In this document: piece after piece, positions 24,914 through 39,900 of the stretch
Layout: each line of letters begins with the position of its first letter
Numbering within the stretch: position 1 is the first letter of the stretch
DNA from: Azolla caroliniana
Taxonomy: Eukaryota > Plantae > Polypodiophyta
Assembly (NCBI GenBank): GCA_043228905.1
Contig: JBHGNT010000004.1
Span: 992,001 to 1,056,000 of the forward strand
Direction of reading: 5' to 3'
Length of the DNA: 64,000 bases
Made by a program: the position numbers and the translations under genes
Notes under the pieces: model-generated
Seen by the model: only the letters and a program-made list of their open reading frames with translations
Database searches by the model: none
Told to the model about the DNA's origin: nothing

Positions 24914-27900
24914 ATGGCGGAAGCTTCTGGCTCGTTTGTTACACGTTCCTTCGAGCGTATGTTGAAGGATTCCTCCTCTGGGAAGAAATACGCCAGCCTC
25001 CAAAAGGCCTTGAAAGCCTACCTAGGTATTGCGCTTCCTTGAATCCTTCCGTTTTTTCAAATTCCATTTCTTTTGAGTACAGAAAATTAAAAATTTGGGA
25101 TCTGATCTCGAGGTTTTCATTCGAAATTTGCATTTCTATTCTCCCACTTATTGGTTTCCATTTTACCGAGTCCAGAAACCTAAATCTTTCAGATCGGACC
25201 TTGAAACTGTCTGCACAATATGTAGTCCAAGCTCCATTCCTCTGAGTTTATGAGACAAATCTTTTAGGATCTGATCTTAGACTTGCATCCAAATCTTTCC
25301 ACATTTTAGTTTCTATTTCATGAATTTATAAATCTAAATCATTAGAATCCAATAGTAAACCTTCCATGTGTAATCTGTGTTCCTATTATGTTGAGTTTTA
25401 AGGAGCTAAATCTTCCATTTTATCAAATTTATTGAGCTATATGTTTAGGATCTGATCTTGACTTTTGTATTTAGATGCTTCAGTATTCTGGTTCTCATTC
25501 TGTGGAGTGTATAGAGCTAAATCCTTACGATCCAAAGTGTTCACGTTTCCTCGAGTTATCAAGCTAATCATAGGATCTGATCTTGACATTTGCAGTCAAA
25601 TCAATTCCACATTTTGGGTTCAAGTTCATAGAGCGAAGACTTTAGAATCCAGTCTGAAATTACAAACAATTTGTTCCACATTTTGGTTTCCATTTCATTG
25701 AATTCTAGAAAGCAAATTCTATTGATTCCCCTCCCCCTTCCTGGGATATTCTATCGAAATGTTTTTTTCACAAAGTCTTCTTCAGCTGATATATATACGC
25801 TGAAAACTGCACAGCTATCACAATTAAGTCCAAAAGTTTAGATTCACAACCAAACTCTGTTTCCTTCCCTGTTATGTTGTAGAAAAGACTTTGCATGAAG
25901 TCCTTCTCACTGTTATCCAACGTCAAGACTTCATATATGACAATAGCATCTCCTCCTAAGATATAAGATGAATTATAGAAAGAATAGTGTTTCCCCCTTT
26001 TTTTTCTGTATTACAGGCATTCACAGCTTGCTTTCATACATATGATTAATAGCTGTACCCATTAACTATTGAGTGTCAACCTGATGTGGCAAACTTGCTG
26101 AATCCCGTCAGCAATTGTCTCTAGCGTTCTTTGCTGGGAATTCCTCCTGAAAGGCCTGAGGAGCTCACAATTGATTTAGTTCCTGAGTGTTGTCCTCGTA
26201 ACAGATCACCTTATAGGATTAATACAGTTCAACAGAATGAGATTATGGGTCAGACCAATGAGGTTTTAGAGGATGATCCAGCGCAGTCATCGTATTTTTG
26301 TTTTTGGCATATATTTACCGCTTATTTTGCTTTAAACAATAATACAATAAAAAACGGATTTCTGATCCTAAGAATTGACGATATTCTTGATCGGTTAGGA
26401 GAGGCAATATTTAACAGGATAGTTGCTACACCAGATTCAGATCAGGTCTGACGATGTACATAAGATTGTGTGTTTGAACGTTCTCTGATCTCCATGCATT
26501 TCTTGTGTTACCTTTCAGACTTGCAAATGATCCAATGTGTAGCATCTTTCGTCTACATTGGGCCGGTTGAGCACATATTTGGTTGCAATACTCCTCAATG
26601 AAAAACGCACACAAGAAGGCTGAAAGGTCTAGAAAACCACCAGAAACATTTTAAAACGGCTAAATAAGCAAGTGCTGTGAATGTGTTTTGGGATTATACT
26701 CTACTTGTGATTGCAGTTTCCTTTGTAAGCCAACAGGTTTCTTCCAACTATAGCAGGTGTAATGCTACCCTATCTTGATGTCCATATGATGGAGCACACA
26801 GATAGTGCTTGTAGGCATGTGCTCTCAGTGAAAGTAGGTCATCCTCGTTTGGAGGTGCTATATGGGGTTATATTGGCCTCCCATTTTCCTTGTTCCATGC
26901 TTTCCAAGTAAGCTATCCCCATCCTTAATTGTGGCTCTACGATAGAGACTTTTCATATATTCATGAGGGGCAAAATCATAATTTAACATTGCCTCTACTC
27001 TTTAGGAAAATTGTAATCTGAGTTCGGCTCGCCCAACTCAAAATATATCCCATGGATTAAGTCTTCCCAGTGTTTAACATATCTTGGCAAACGTCTTGCA
27101 ATGTGTGAAGGTACCACTGCAGTCCCTCTAGTGAATCCAATATTATAGCACATGTCCTTCGTGTAGCAAATTGGGGCATCCTGAATCAATTCATTTATTC
27201 TGCTTCAGAACATGGATCCCACTGCATCAATGCATCGAACAAAATGTCGACAGTTTGTTTTCATCCAGTCATGTTAGCAATTCTTTTGACAAATTCTCAT
27301 TGTGCTTCAATCCCCAACCTTGAACCCCCAGTTTCAACAAGTTTGCATGAGGGTCTTGTGGCATTGGGTAAAGGCCTTTCAGGAGTACTACATTTGGACC
27401 ATATGCTTTTTCACTGTCTTGGGATGAGATCGTCCATACAGTTGTCGTGATTAAGGTGAACAAGGAATGTTAAAGACTTACAGCATTAATGATCATCACA
27501 CCTTATTCACAGTCACAGGGACTGTTGTGCAATGGCAATCCACTGTGCCAGCAAACATAATGACAAACCCAGGAATGTTACTTCATCTGCACAAGATAGA
27601 ATAACGTAGAACAGTCTTTTGGTAACAAAGTGTTTGGATTCTCCATAATTATTGCTAACTCTTTATCTGTCAGCATTTCCAAAATGTAACATCCCAATAA
27701 AAAATGTATTAATTTACTTTTTTTTTCAATAATATAGTTGTATTCCTTATCAACATTACCTCCACAATTCTGGGTATAGTCCTTGTCATTTTTTATGCGA
27801 ACGATCCAAATTAGCTACCTAGGAGAAGTGACAATGTAAATAGAAAGAATGGGGTGGTAAAACTTCCAACATAAACTACGTTGGCACAAATGCTGAAGCC

Positions 27901-30900
27901 TTAGTGAATATCTATCTAATCAATGTGTACCAGCATGGAATGGAAAACGTCAACCAATTGATATAGGTGTACTAACACTTTCAGAGCTTCTGAATTCAAA
28001 AGAAAATAGAGAAATGGCCTGCCTGCCTTTTGATTGGGATAAAGTCCTGAATTGTGGATATTAGATGGTTAATTGGTCTTCAATGCATGGAATACATGTA
28101 CAGTGTGATGGCTTTTGTTTTGAAGTTGTCTTGTAAACAGTTTTGTATCTACCAGAGTACAATAAATGAAGCCATTAATAAAATGTTGATGTTCTAAATC
28201 TGCATGGTTCTTGATATTTTCATGCTTGAATGAATAATGAATTATACATTTATTATCTTTCTTGCAGAGAGGTCAAAGAACCTTGGACTTCCTTCATCTC
28301 CTTCAGCATCTGCTGATGCGAACGAAAAAAGCAGCGAACTGTAAGAAATTCTCCAGTACTATAATAGGTCATAAACAACAATGCGTACCTGTGTGGTTGG
28401 TACTTACTCCATGCTTGCTTTTATGATGATTTCTGCATCGCTGCTGCTTAAATCATGTACCGATTATTTGATACAATGGTATATGCACAGCTGCTACAAC
28501 ATGTATTTCATGGTTGCTGATTATGCTTAGTGTTCTGGTAATGTCGAGATTATTTTATTAAATTGATATTGTAAGACTATTAGCTGAAGGGGTTTCTAGA
28601 GGTTTGGCAGTGTTTTCTGCAACTTATAACTTGGGTGGGAAAGTTTATCAATACGAACTAATACCCGTCTGTGGTTATGCAATGATGATAAACAATGCAG
28701 TAGGATTCTCAGGTATGGATCTCCCAGAAAGTAAAATCTGTTCAAAGGAGGAACTTAAATATTCTGAATCAACATAATTTTTGTTGATAAAATGATCTAG
28801 CTACTTTTTATAGTATTGGTGAGATTAATATATGCGTTGTGTGAGTGAGTACTTTGAAGATACAGTAGTGCATGGGGGCTGGAACTATAACTACATGGCT
28901 TCATCGCTATCCAGTTGCATAGCTCCATCATATTTGAGAGGAACTACATGGAAACAAATCACCAATACTATTGGAAAAAAGCATCAGATAATCATGCATT
29001 TGTGTCTCTATAACTTTGTTATGATTCATGAGTGATCATCAACATTGTGAATGGGTTGTCATTACAGAGCAGCTGGTGCATTGCCTGGGACATGGTGGCA
29101 TTTTAGTACGTCTATTTGATGTTCTAAAAATGGAAATAGTTTTGTTGCTGCTTGGTGTCAAAGCAGGACAATCTCTAATATGCATTTTAGTGATTGTTTG
29201 TCTCGGTGTGACATCATATCTATGTGTATAAACAAAACAGTGGGAGCTGGATAATATAGGATTGTACGTTTATGGTTAGAGGAAGTTGGAATAAACAAGA
29301 TAAGCATAACTGTCAACTGATGCCAACTGGAAGAACATTTAATAATTTGCAAACACCATGGAGTAAAGATATGTTGAAAATGCCAGGTTAAGTTTAATGT
29401 GCATGGATTCTGGACTGCTTATTTGGGCATGAATCTGGTGCATAGAAGCATCTTATATCAGTATACATATGGTGGTGGATGGTGAATATACACATGAAAG
29501 TTTTCATTGAAGACATTTTCAGCATATCTGGTTGAACTTTGTTATGCTGGCTTTGACTTTCAAATGTTTTAAAACATAACACACATTTGAGTGCAGAGAT
29601 ATAACTGTGTATTTCTACATAGATATAGGAGCTCTTAGTCTACTTTTATGAAATTTTATCAGACCTCATAACTTCTTTCACTGTAGAACTGAAGTGCTCA
29701 TGTATGGCTTCTAACATGTGTGGATTTGCTTGATACATTAGCCAGATTTAGAACTATTTCGTAGGCCCAACTAGTAGTCCAAATCTACTTGGCCATTAGG
29801 ACCTATTAGTCCCATTGTGCTTACTGATGCTTCTGGATGTGCAGTTCATCAGAACTGGGGAAAGAAAATGAATCAACACCAAGTAGTCCTGTGTCCTCTT
29901 CAACCACAAGCACAACAGATACAAGTGTTTTAGCTGCTGCAACACTTGCCACAGCCGGTCATATATTAGAGGGATCTGAAGCTGATCTTGTTTTGCTTCC
30001 ATTACGCCTTGCCTTCGAGACGAAGCAACCAAAACTTGTGGATTCAGCACTTGACTGTTTACATGTAATATTAAGTCATTGATTTACCACTTCAATTTGA
30101 TCTGATGCTGGTTTATATTGTTTAACATGCTGTACTATTCTTTAAATGCGTGTTTCTGAATACAGAAATTGATTGCGTATGAGCATCTAGAGGGAGATGC
30201 TGGCATAGCTGGTCATAATAATAGCTCTATGGTTACTGATATGTTCAACATGGTGTGTGCTGCGGCTGACAACAATGCCTCCGATAGGTGAGTACATCTT
30301 GCGGGCAGCATATTGAAAGTTTTCTTTGTTCCCTTGCATGATGAGCTTGCGGCCTCAGATTATATGACTAATTAATCTGCAATTTATTTTCAGTACTGTT
30401 TTGCAGGTTTTAAAAGTTTCATTGATGGCTGTTGCCTCAACAAAATTTAGAGGTGAATTTCTTTGCATGATCACAAAACTGTATGCAATAATTTTGCCAT
30501 TGATAAATATTGAGGGGCCTTCTTTTTTTCTCTCTTCTTTTCTTGTTTGGTCTACATGCAGTTCATGGTGAATGCATCTTAAGTGCCATTCGGACTTGTT
30601 ACCACATTGTACTAACAAGGTATGCAATAATTGCTCGTAGTTAGGGAACCTTCTAGGAATCACTCGTTAAAATATCTTTAGGACGATGTGGAGTCAAATT
30701 CTACTCCTGGATTATTAGAACAAGACTTCAAGCACATATGTTTGGGCAGCTTCATATCTATTGGAGGAAAGAGTTTACACTATTATCTTTGAAGTTTCGG
30801 GGTTGCAAAATGGTAGTGAAATGAATCAGGGTCCATGTATGATGTCTAGTTGCAATATTGTCACAATCTTTTGTCCCATGCTTTTGCGTCCATATTTGGA

Positions 30901-33900
30901 ACTGTCACGCTACTCATTGAATCTACTATGTTTTTTGGATATTCATGGATACTGGTTGGCCAAGGTGGGAAGTTTTAATGATTTTTGTGGCTTAGAGCTA
31001 GTCGGTCATGCCAAGTGACAAATGATGTTTTGATATGCTTTGGTTTTAGTCAGTTACATACACCCATCCTAGAGCAATCACCTCAATGGACCTTCCTGTT
31101 TCAAGGAGCATGCGAAGTTAAATCTCTTGGAGAGCAGTCCTTCCGTTATCCATCTCGGTATCCTGTAAAATCTTGGTACATTTTAAAATCTGGGCATCCT
31201 TGAAAATCACCCTTTGATACCCTGATTCACAATGTTCAAATTGATGGATTTCTCTTTCAATGTCTTTATGTATCTCCGCTATATTTTGGATTGGACTGAA
31301 GCTTTGTGTGAGAAAGAGGTAGTGCTAGTTCTCCCTTGCTCATAAAATACAGTATGATGGCAAAGATAACGTTCTTCTGATGGACTCTGATGAGCTGCCC
31401 AGCTCTGTATAAGAGGGCGCTTCCTCGTGTCTCTTGGTTGGAGCCTTAAGATCACAGATGAGTGATCCTTATTTGAGTTCATTGGTTGTTTTGAAATATA
31501 CGGCGTTTGCTCTAGGTGCAATCATGCACTCACTTTCTTGACACCAATCTTGCCCTACTATGCATTTCTCTTGGAGGACTTCTGGAGTGTCACTCGTGTG
31601 TACCTTAAATCTTCTTGCTATAATTTTTTACTTCGTAAGTGAGAATTCCTATGAAAAAGAGCTCTGTATCATTGAAACCCTTTAGCTTGTCAATGCATTC
31701 CAAGAGTTCAGGGAATTCCCAAGTCAACCCATGTGCAAAAGGGAGTGTTGGGATGCTACTTCTAGTGTCACTCACAGCTGTTGTGCTTGCATTGTTGATT
31801 GAGCATGGTGAAATTCCTACTTCTAAGCTACCTGATGTGTAGTATATGGATCACACCAGCTCTAATTGCCTTAGGAAATTACGAAAAGCGATAATTATTT
31901 TAAAAGAAATAGAAATATAATAATCGACTTACTCTTGAAACTGCTATTATGTTTTCGATCACTAGCAAGAACCCCATCAATCAAGCAACAGCGAAAGCTA
32001 CCCTGACACAGATGATTAGCATTGTTTTCAAGCGAATGGAAGTTGAGTCCCAGGTAATGCATTTTTGAATACTTGACCTAGGAAACTCTGTTTTTAAACT
32101 TGTAGACTTACCTTTCTTTGTTGAACTTTAATGCACAGGAGCAAGTGAAAATTTCAGGTGATGATGTGGGAATTTCTGCATCAGTTGCTGATGAAAAGAT
32201 GATTGCTTCAGATGAAGCACTTTCTGATGGAGTACAAGCATCAGTTGCCAATGAAATAGTGATAGTTTCAGATGTAGCAGTTCCTGATGAACCAACTACA
32301 ACAGAAGCATCAATAGATTCAGAAACAGCTCCTGTATCGGTGGAGGAGCTTCAACATCTTGCTGGTGATTCTGATATTAAGGCATGCAGCTGTGAACTGT
32401 ACTTGCATTTTATTCACTTTGTTAATCTAGACATGAATGCCAATCTACAAGATTTAGAAGAATATCAAACAATCTGACTGCATGGTTGTGCTAATATATG
32501 TTTATCTATTCCTTGTATTTCTCTATCCCCAATTTTCTTTCTACAGATTGTAATGTATCCATTTGTTATGGAAACAAATGCTTGTAAATACCCTCTATAT
32601 TACCTTTTATTAACTACATCCCATCTTATTTGAAGTTGTAGATGTGTATGATATTGTAGGACATCCATCATATATGTTGATGTTCTTAGAATGAGTCTTA
32701 ATATTGTAGTATGAATCAGGGTTTGGAAGCTGCTTTGGTGAAAGCTGTACATCCGGAAGGTGGAAGGAAAATGCCAGAGTAAGCTTTTAAATCTCTGCCC
32801 TATTGGCTGCTTAATTAGAAATGAGATTAGGTTAACAGGAATTTAGGACTTTGGGGGCCTAATTTTTATTGGTTTACAGGGGCCTTGATCTTGACAACAT
32901 GACGGTGGCCCAACGAGATGCGTTGACAGTCTTTCGAACACTTTGCAAGGTGATCATCTTTTATTTCCTGTTTTTCTTATATTTGGAGTCATGTTTTTTA
33001 TTCACTTCGGCATGTAAAATTAGCAGATGTCCATGAAGGAGGAAAAGGATGATTTGGTCACATGGACAAGGATACTATCCCTAGAATTGCTGCAGGTAGT
33101 ATATCTAGTTCATAAGTATTTGGCTATATTGCGGAAGTAGCTGGCAGCTAACCTACAATGAGGAATGCATTGTTTTCAGGGTCTTTTAGAGAGTGTAAGC
33201 CACTCATTTACAATAGACTTCCGTTTTATAGACTCAGTGAAGGCTTATCTCTGCTATGCATTGCTCAGAGCATGTGTTTCCCCTGTTGCTGCTATTTTTC
33301 AGGTCAGTTCACCCACTGTCAATATGATTGCTTCCATCTCCCAGGAACAAATTGTATTTGCTTGAAATTATAAATCGTACCTCAATCTTTAGTATTGATA
33401 ATCAAAGCAACTGCTAATTGAGCTTGCTATCGTATTTGATGGATTTGACGTTGTGTTGATAATTGATTTGATTAAATAACATACAAATAGACTAATTCTG
33501 GCAATCGATGATGATGTTATCAGTTGGCATGCTTTGGCTCTCCAACATTTGAGATAAAAACAGTCTGGTGCTAAGTCTATTGCTTTTTGTCTTTGGCATT
33601 AGTTGTCTAGTTACTTTTAACTTTAAACTGATGATATTGAGGACTGGCTTTGTGCGCAATCGTATTGGTTTTAACTTCAAGCGTGAGGTTTACAGAGTAT
33701 TTTATTTACATGAGAGAAAATTGAAGTGTAGCGTTTACAGTCTTTTGATTGCCATAATTTAGGATATCTGCAAGGAGCTCGAGTCTGGTGATAGAGAAAC
33801 TGTAGCTTTGTTCATGGCTGAGAGGAATTGGGTTCTCATAGTGTCCAACCCATTTCATGCATGAAGGATTTGATTAGTCTTGCTTCATGAAATAGAGTTC

Positions 33901-36900
33901 TATTCAATTTGAACTATGCAAGACCCTCAAATCTAATCCTAAACACAAGTTTTTTTATCTAAGTAATATTGTTTTTGCTACTTCTAGATTTTTAACATTA
34001 TCCTTAATTTCAGTTATCTACGAACATATTCAGCGTGCTGATCCTGAGATTCAGAGAAAGTCTGAAGGTATTATTTTGGATAGTTAATAACGATAATATT
34101 TGTTTTATGTCCATTTTATTATTTTGCAAGTGATATTGACTTCTATGAGTCTTATTGCAGGCTGAGATTGGAGTTTTTTTTCCTCTAATTGTTCTACGTT
34201 CCTTGGACAGTTATGAAAGCCCCCTTCACAATCGTACTGCTGTGCTGAGGTACATATTGATTATTTATTTATTTTGTACATGTGATGTTTAATGCTAAGG
34301 AAGCAGAATATCATATCATTATTTTCCATTTTTCTAAGCTCTGCTGATGCAAATATAAATTAGGATGTTGGAGGGTGTTGGTAAAGATTCACAAATGTTA
34401 GCAGATCTATTTGTAAATTATGATTGCGATCTTGAATCTACCAACTTATTTGAACGTATGGTGAGCTTCATGTGTCTTATTTTTTGTATATTATTGAAAT
34501 CTTGTGTCAGATAGATTTGATTTAAATGTCCATGCTCTATTTTTGCTTTTGAAATAATTCATCTACAGGTCAGAGCACTTTCAAGAATGGCTCAAGGTTC
34601 ACCAAATGCTGATCCAAATAATATCTCTCTGACACAAAATTCTATCGTGAAGGGTTCATCCTTGCAGGTATGATTATAGGTAGTAAGATTCAATTACTCG
34701 AGTCCTCCCATTACTTGAGTGCTATTATTACCAATCATGGACCATGGGTTCTTCACTGAATTACTACTATAACTTTTGCATGGCAGTGCCTTGTTAGTAT
34801 TCTGGAATCTCTTGTACAATGGACTAAAACTCATCAATATTCAAGGGAAACAATGATGAACTCTGGGTCCCCTGCTGATAAAACATTCAAGGATAGCAAT
34901 CTTGTAGAAGATGCTTCAGATGGATCTCCTACAGAAGAACCAGGACTACTAGCTGATAATTTTGAAAAACTTAAAGCTCATAAGTCAACTTTAGAAGCAG
35001 CTATAGCAGAGGTTTGTGAATGATATCCAAAAAGAAAGTTGTCATTTTTCTTTCCATCACTCAAGTCTACTGGATAGAATGAAGCATGCTGCTAATGTAC
35101 ATTCCCGTTTTTGTTATGTAAATTGTCTGTATTGCGTTGAAATACGATTCCATTCATAGATTATTCTGATTTCTTCCACTTTACAGTTCAACAGAAAGCC
35201 TGACAAAGGCATTGGGTTCCTCATTGACAATAAATTGGCAGAAAACACACCAAAATCAATTGCAAACTTTTTATTGAAAACGCCAGGACTTAGTAAGGTG
35301 TGAAATATAGTACCTTGGGATATCCGCTGTTCTTATCAGCCTGCTATGCATTTGTTCTCATTCGATGATTTGTCCTTCCATTCTTGTATGTTATTTTGAT
35401 TGGATAGAGCACAATGGGGGAGTATCTCGGTCAGCATGAAGAGTTTCCTCTATCAGTAATGCATGCTTATGTTGATGCCATGAATTTCAAAGGTATGAAG
35501 TTTGATGCTGCCATAAGAGATTTTCTTAAAGGTTTTCGGTTGCCAGGCGAGGCTCAAAAGATTGATCGTATAATGGAAAAGTTCGCTGAACGGTAATAAC
35601 TTTGTCTAATAGGTTGTTTTATGCCTAAAATATTCTTCCTTTCATGTGGCTAAATCTTTTTTTCATGGTCAATCAGGTATTGCTGTGATAATCCTGGACT
35701 TTTTGAAAGTGCAGATGCTGCATATGTGCTTGCCTATGCAGTTATTATGCTCAATACTGATGCTCATAATCCTATGGTTTGGCCAAAGATGACAAAGGCA
35801 GATTTTCTGCGAATTAATTCAGGAACTGAATATGAAAATGGTGCCCCAAAAGAAATGCTAGAGGAAATTTATGATTCTATTGTCAAGGATGAAATAAAGA
35901 TGAAGGACGATATCACTACATCAGGGAAAGGCACATGGCCAAAAGTTGATACAGAAGATAGATTTCGTCTTCTCAGCATACTAAACCTAGGACTTCCTAG
36001 CCGTAAAGATTCTACAGATTCTAAGAAAGAACGTGAAGACATTATAAAGCAAACACAGATGCTTTTCAAAAAGGGAGTTGTCAAAAGGGGAGTTTTTTAT
36101 AAAGCTAAGGAAATGGAACTTGTGAGACCAATGCTAGATGCTATGGGTTGGCCACTTCTTGTGGCTTTCTCTATTATAATGGAAGACACTGACAACATAT
36201 CTCTAGTCCACTTATGTATGAAAGGATTTCGAGCTGGAATTCACTTGACAAAGGTTCTTGGCATGGACACTATGCGCTATGCTTTCTTGACCTCTTTAGT
36301 TAGGTTGGTTGTACTTTTTATATCTACTCTACTCTACTCGGTCTTTCCTCAAGTGGGGAGTGTAGTTTATATTTTTCTATGGCTAAACATTCCAGGTTTA
36401 CATTCCTTCATGCTCCGAAACAAATGAAGAACAAAAATGCAGAGGCACTTCGAAGCTTACTTGCTTTGAGCGATGCAGAGCCAGATGCTTTAAAAGATAC
36501 GTGGAATGCAGTTTTAGAGTGTGTTTCGAGATTGGAATACATAACATCATCACCTGCAATTCTCAACACTGTGATGGTAGGATCAAACCAAATATCTAAG
36601 GATGCCTTAGCACACTTACTCACTGAGTTAGCAGGGAAGCCATTGGAACAAATCTTTGTAAATAGTGTAAAGCTTCCTAGCGATGAGATTGTTGAGTTCT
36701 TTACTGCTCTCTGTGGAGTATCTGCTGAAGAGTTGAGGCAGACACCTGCACGGCATTTTAGTTTGCAGAAGCTTGTCGAAGTCAGCTTCTATAATATGGC
36801 GCGCATTAGAATGGTGAGTTCTATTTATGATATAATTACTAAATTGAGGTGATGTATGAAATATTTATAATACTTGGTTCTCCAGGTGTGGGCAAGAATA

Positions 36901-39900
36901 TGGATAGTGCTCTCTCAGCAGTTTGTTTCTGCAGGCAGCCACCAGGATGAAAAAATCGCTATGTATGCCATAGATTCACTGAGACAACTAGGCATAAAGT
37001 ATCTGGAACGTGCTGAGCTAGCAAATTTTACATTTCAGAATGATATTTTGAAACCTTTTGTAATCCTCATTCGAAACAGTAAAAGTTCAACTGTTCGTTC
37101 TTTAATTGTAGACTGTATTGTTCAGGTAAATGTGGAGTACTTTGTTTCTGCTAATAGTTGTTGCAGCTGATTGTTTTAATCAAAAGCTCTGGTGTGTTCC
37201 AGATGATCAAGTCAAAGGTGGGAAGCATTAAATCTGGCTGGCGTAGTGTATTCATGGTCTTCAAGGCTGCAGCTTCTGATGACACAGATTCCATTTCGGA
37301 GATTGCATTCGAAAATATGGAGCAAGGTTAAAGCTGCACAGTTTTATATAAAGAATTATCATGTTCATGATGACTTGTTACTAATGGATTTGAATAATAG
37401 TTTACTCTTGTTGAGTCTCCTTTCTATGATTCGCAGTTGTTTTGGAACATTTTGATCAGATAGTGGGGGACTGCTTTATGGATTGTGTCCATTGTCTTAT
37501 TGCATTTGCACATAACAAGAGCTGTCCTAGAATAAGCTTGAAAGCAGTGGCCCTTCTTCGGATTTGTGAAGATCGTCTTGCAGAGGTATTAGTTCATTCA
37601 TTATTGTTTATTATCTATACAAGCCCAATCACATTTCTTGTAAGTTACTATCAAAGTTCAATGCTATACACGATTTCATCAATTTCCTATGCTTAAAACA
37701 ATTGTCTACATGAGTTGAATCTGGAATGAAAGTAAATAGTTAATATTGGGAAAAACTACCCTTGTAATTGGCAAGTCTATCAAAGAGGTTGTTTGATGGA
37801 TTATACAATTCATGAAGGTGTCAAATAAGAGCAACCAAGAGTGAGCGATGATGTTTCCATTACTCCTGAATGGTTCTTATTTGGCCTCTCTTTCAGAGGG
37901 AATACCTCCTCCTTGAACATTCATGGGGAGTTGTGTGTAGAAGTGGGTATTTAAGGTACTGTCGGCAAATATAATATGGAACGCTAACAAAAAAAAATCA
38001 TAGGCAATAGTATGCAATGGTCGCCCATGATCAAAAAACATTTGGCCTTACTGGAACCATATCAGGCACATTAATTAACAAAGCTTTCTTTAATTTAGGT
38101 GATAATGATGTGAATCCACATCTAATGACCTCCTAGGACATGGGTATATAAACCATCAATGATAATGTGTAGGTAACTGCGTCGGTGGATCAGAATTTGG
38201 TCCCATAATATGCCTTGAAGGTATTTAGTGAAGGAAATATGACTTATGGGTCAGTCTTCAATGATGGGTCGTACACTATATATGTGTCACAGGAGGTGGG
38301 GGCCCTGGGGATGTAGAGGGTTAGCAGTTTGGCATCTACTTTGTCATAGCTAATACATCTTCGTGTGACATAGATGGAAGACTCCAAGCAGCCTTTAGCC
38401 TAGATTTCTCATGGAATCTGTCGTATGTCCTCAAAGAGGCACTAAATCTACCGTTAATGTTGAAAAAGAAAGGATTTGGAAGAATAAGTATTCCAAGTTG
38501 AGAAGGAAAGCTTTCAATCATTTTTTGAATGTTGTAGAGTGTCTTTCATTCTTTGGGATATCCCAATCAAGCTGTATTCTGTGATGATGATGATGGCATG
38601 CATTTCTGTACTTATAGCCATTAACTGTCTATTGCTACTATCAACAGGGTCTTATTCCTGGTGGAGCTCCGAAGCCAGTCCAGATTGACTCTGCAGAAGG
38701 TCTGGATGTTGCAGAACATTACTGGTTCCCCATGCTTGTTGGCCTTTCAGAGCTAACTGCAGATCCTCGGACTGAAGTTAGAAATTGTGCACTAGAGGTT
38801 TTGTTTGACCTTTTGCAAGAGAGGGGGCATAAGTTTTCGTCTGCGTTTTGGCAAAATGTGTTCCAGGATGTACTCTTTCCAATATTTGACTCAGTTAGGA
38901 CTGTTGAAAATGATGCACAGAAATCAGCATTGGCTGATGTCTGGTTACGTGAAACCTGTATTCATTCTCTTCAGCTGCTTTGCAATCTCTTCAGTACTTT
39001 CTACAAGGTAAAGTATGGCTAAAAGTTTTTAATTTCTTAGGAGTGGTTGTAGGTTTCTCAGCAACTAGTTGTACTGCTTGATTTCCAGGATGTTTCCTTC
39101 CTGCTGCCATCCTTGTTGAGCTTGTTGCTTGATTGTGCAACGAGGCCTGATCAGACAGTAGCTCATATTTCTATTAATGCACTTACACATCTTATAGAAG
39201 TAGGAGGTCACCAATTTGATAAGAAAGATTGGGCTACTATACTCGATTGCTTAAGGTAAATATGGGAATCTTTTCAAGATGCATTAGGTTTAGTACTTAT
39301 ATAAAAACTTTACAAGGTACTATGTGATTGCAGAGATGCTTGCTATACTACTCAACCTGTGGAGCTTCTTAGTTCAAACAATACAAATTACAGCCATGGC
39401 TACTCCAGAAAGAGTGCAAGAGAGATTCAAATGCCATCAGATTCGTCTAGTGTTCAGGGAAGTAACGAGGCAGAGAACCTCAATAAGCTTGAGAACTCAC
39501 TGCATTCCGATGTGACAAATGATATACATGCAAATGGAAACGCCACAACTCATGCAAAGGATTTGGATGCTGATATCCATGACATACAGACAGGCAATGA
39601 GGAAGGTATACAGACATACTAGTGATGCAAGAGAGATTCTTCAATTTGGCTTTTAGCTTATCGGTTTGTTAATTTATTTGTGGTGCATAGTTCTCAAGGA
39701 TTCCAATGGAGGGTTTTTTCGAGCTCAAACCTTTGGAAAGACGCTTATGGACACATTGCTGATGAAAAATCTTACCTTTAAAGGAAAGGGTCAGGTTAAT
39801 GGTAGTCCAATACCATCCTCTGAGCAGGTATTCTATGGAGTCTACAGTGGCCTGAGATAATTTAGGGTGATTGGTGTATTTTGAAAACTAAGATGTTTAG

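Noticed and set aside
26750-27500. Possible decayed coding sequence on the minus strand in BIG5 intron 1
   Set aside because: Nearly open frames but no family could be recognised.
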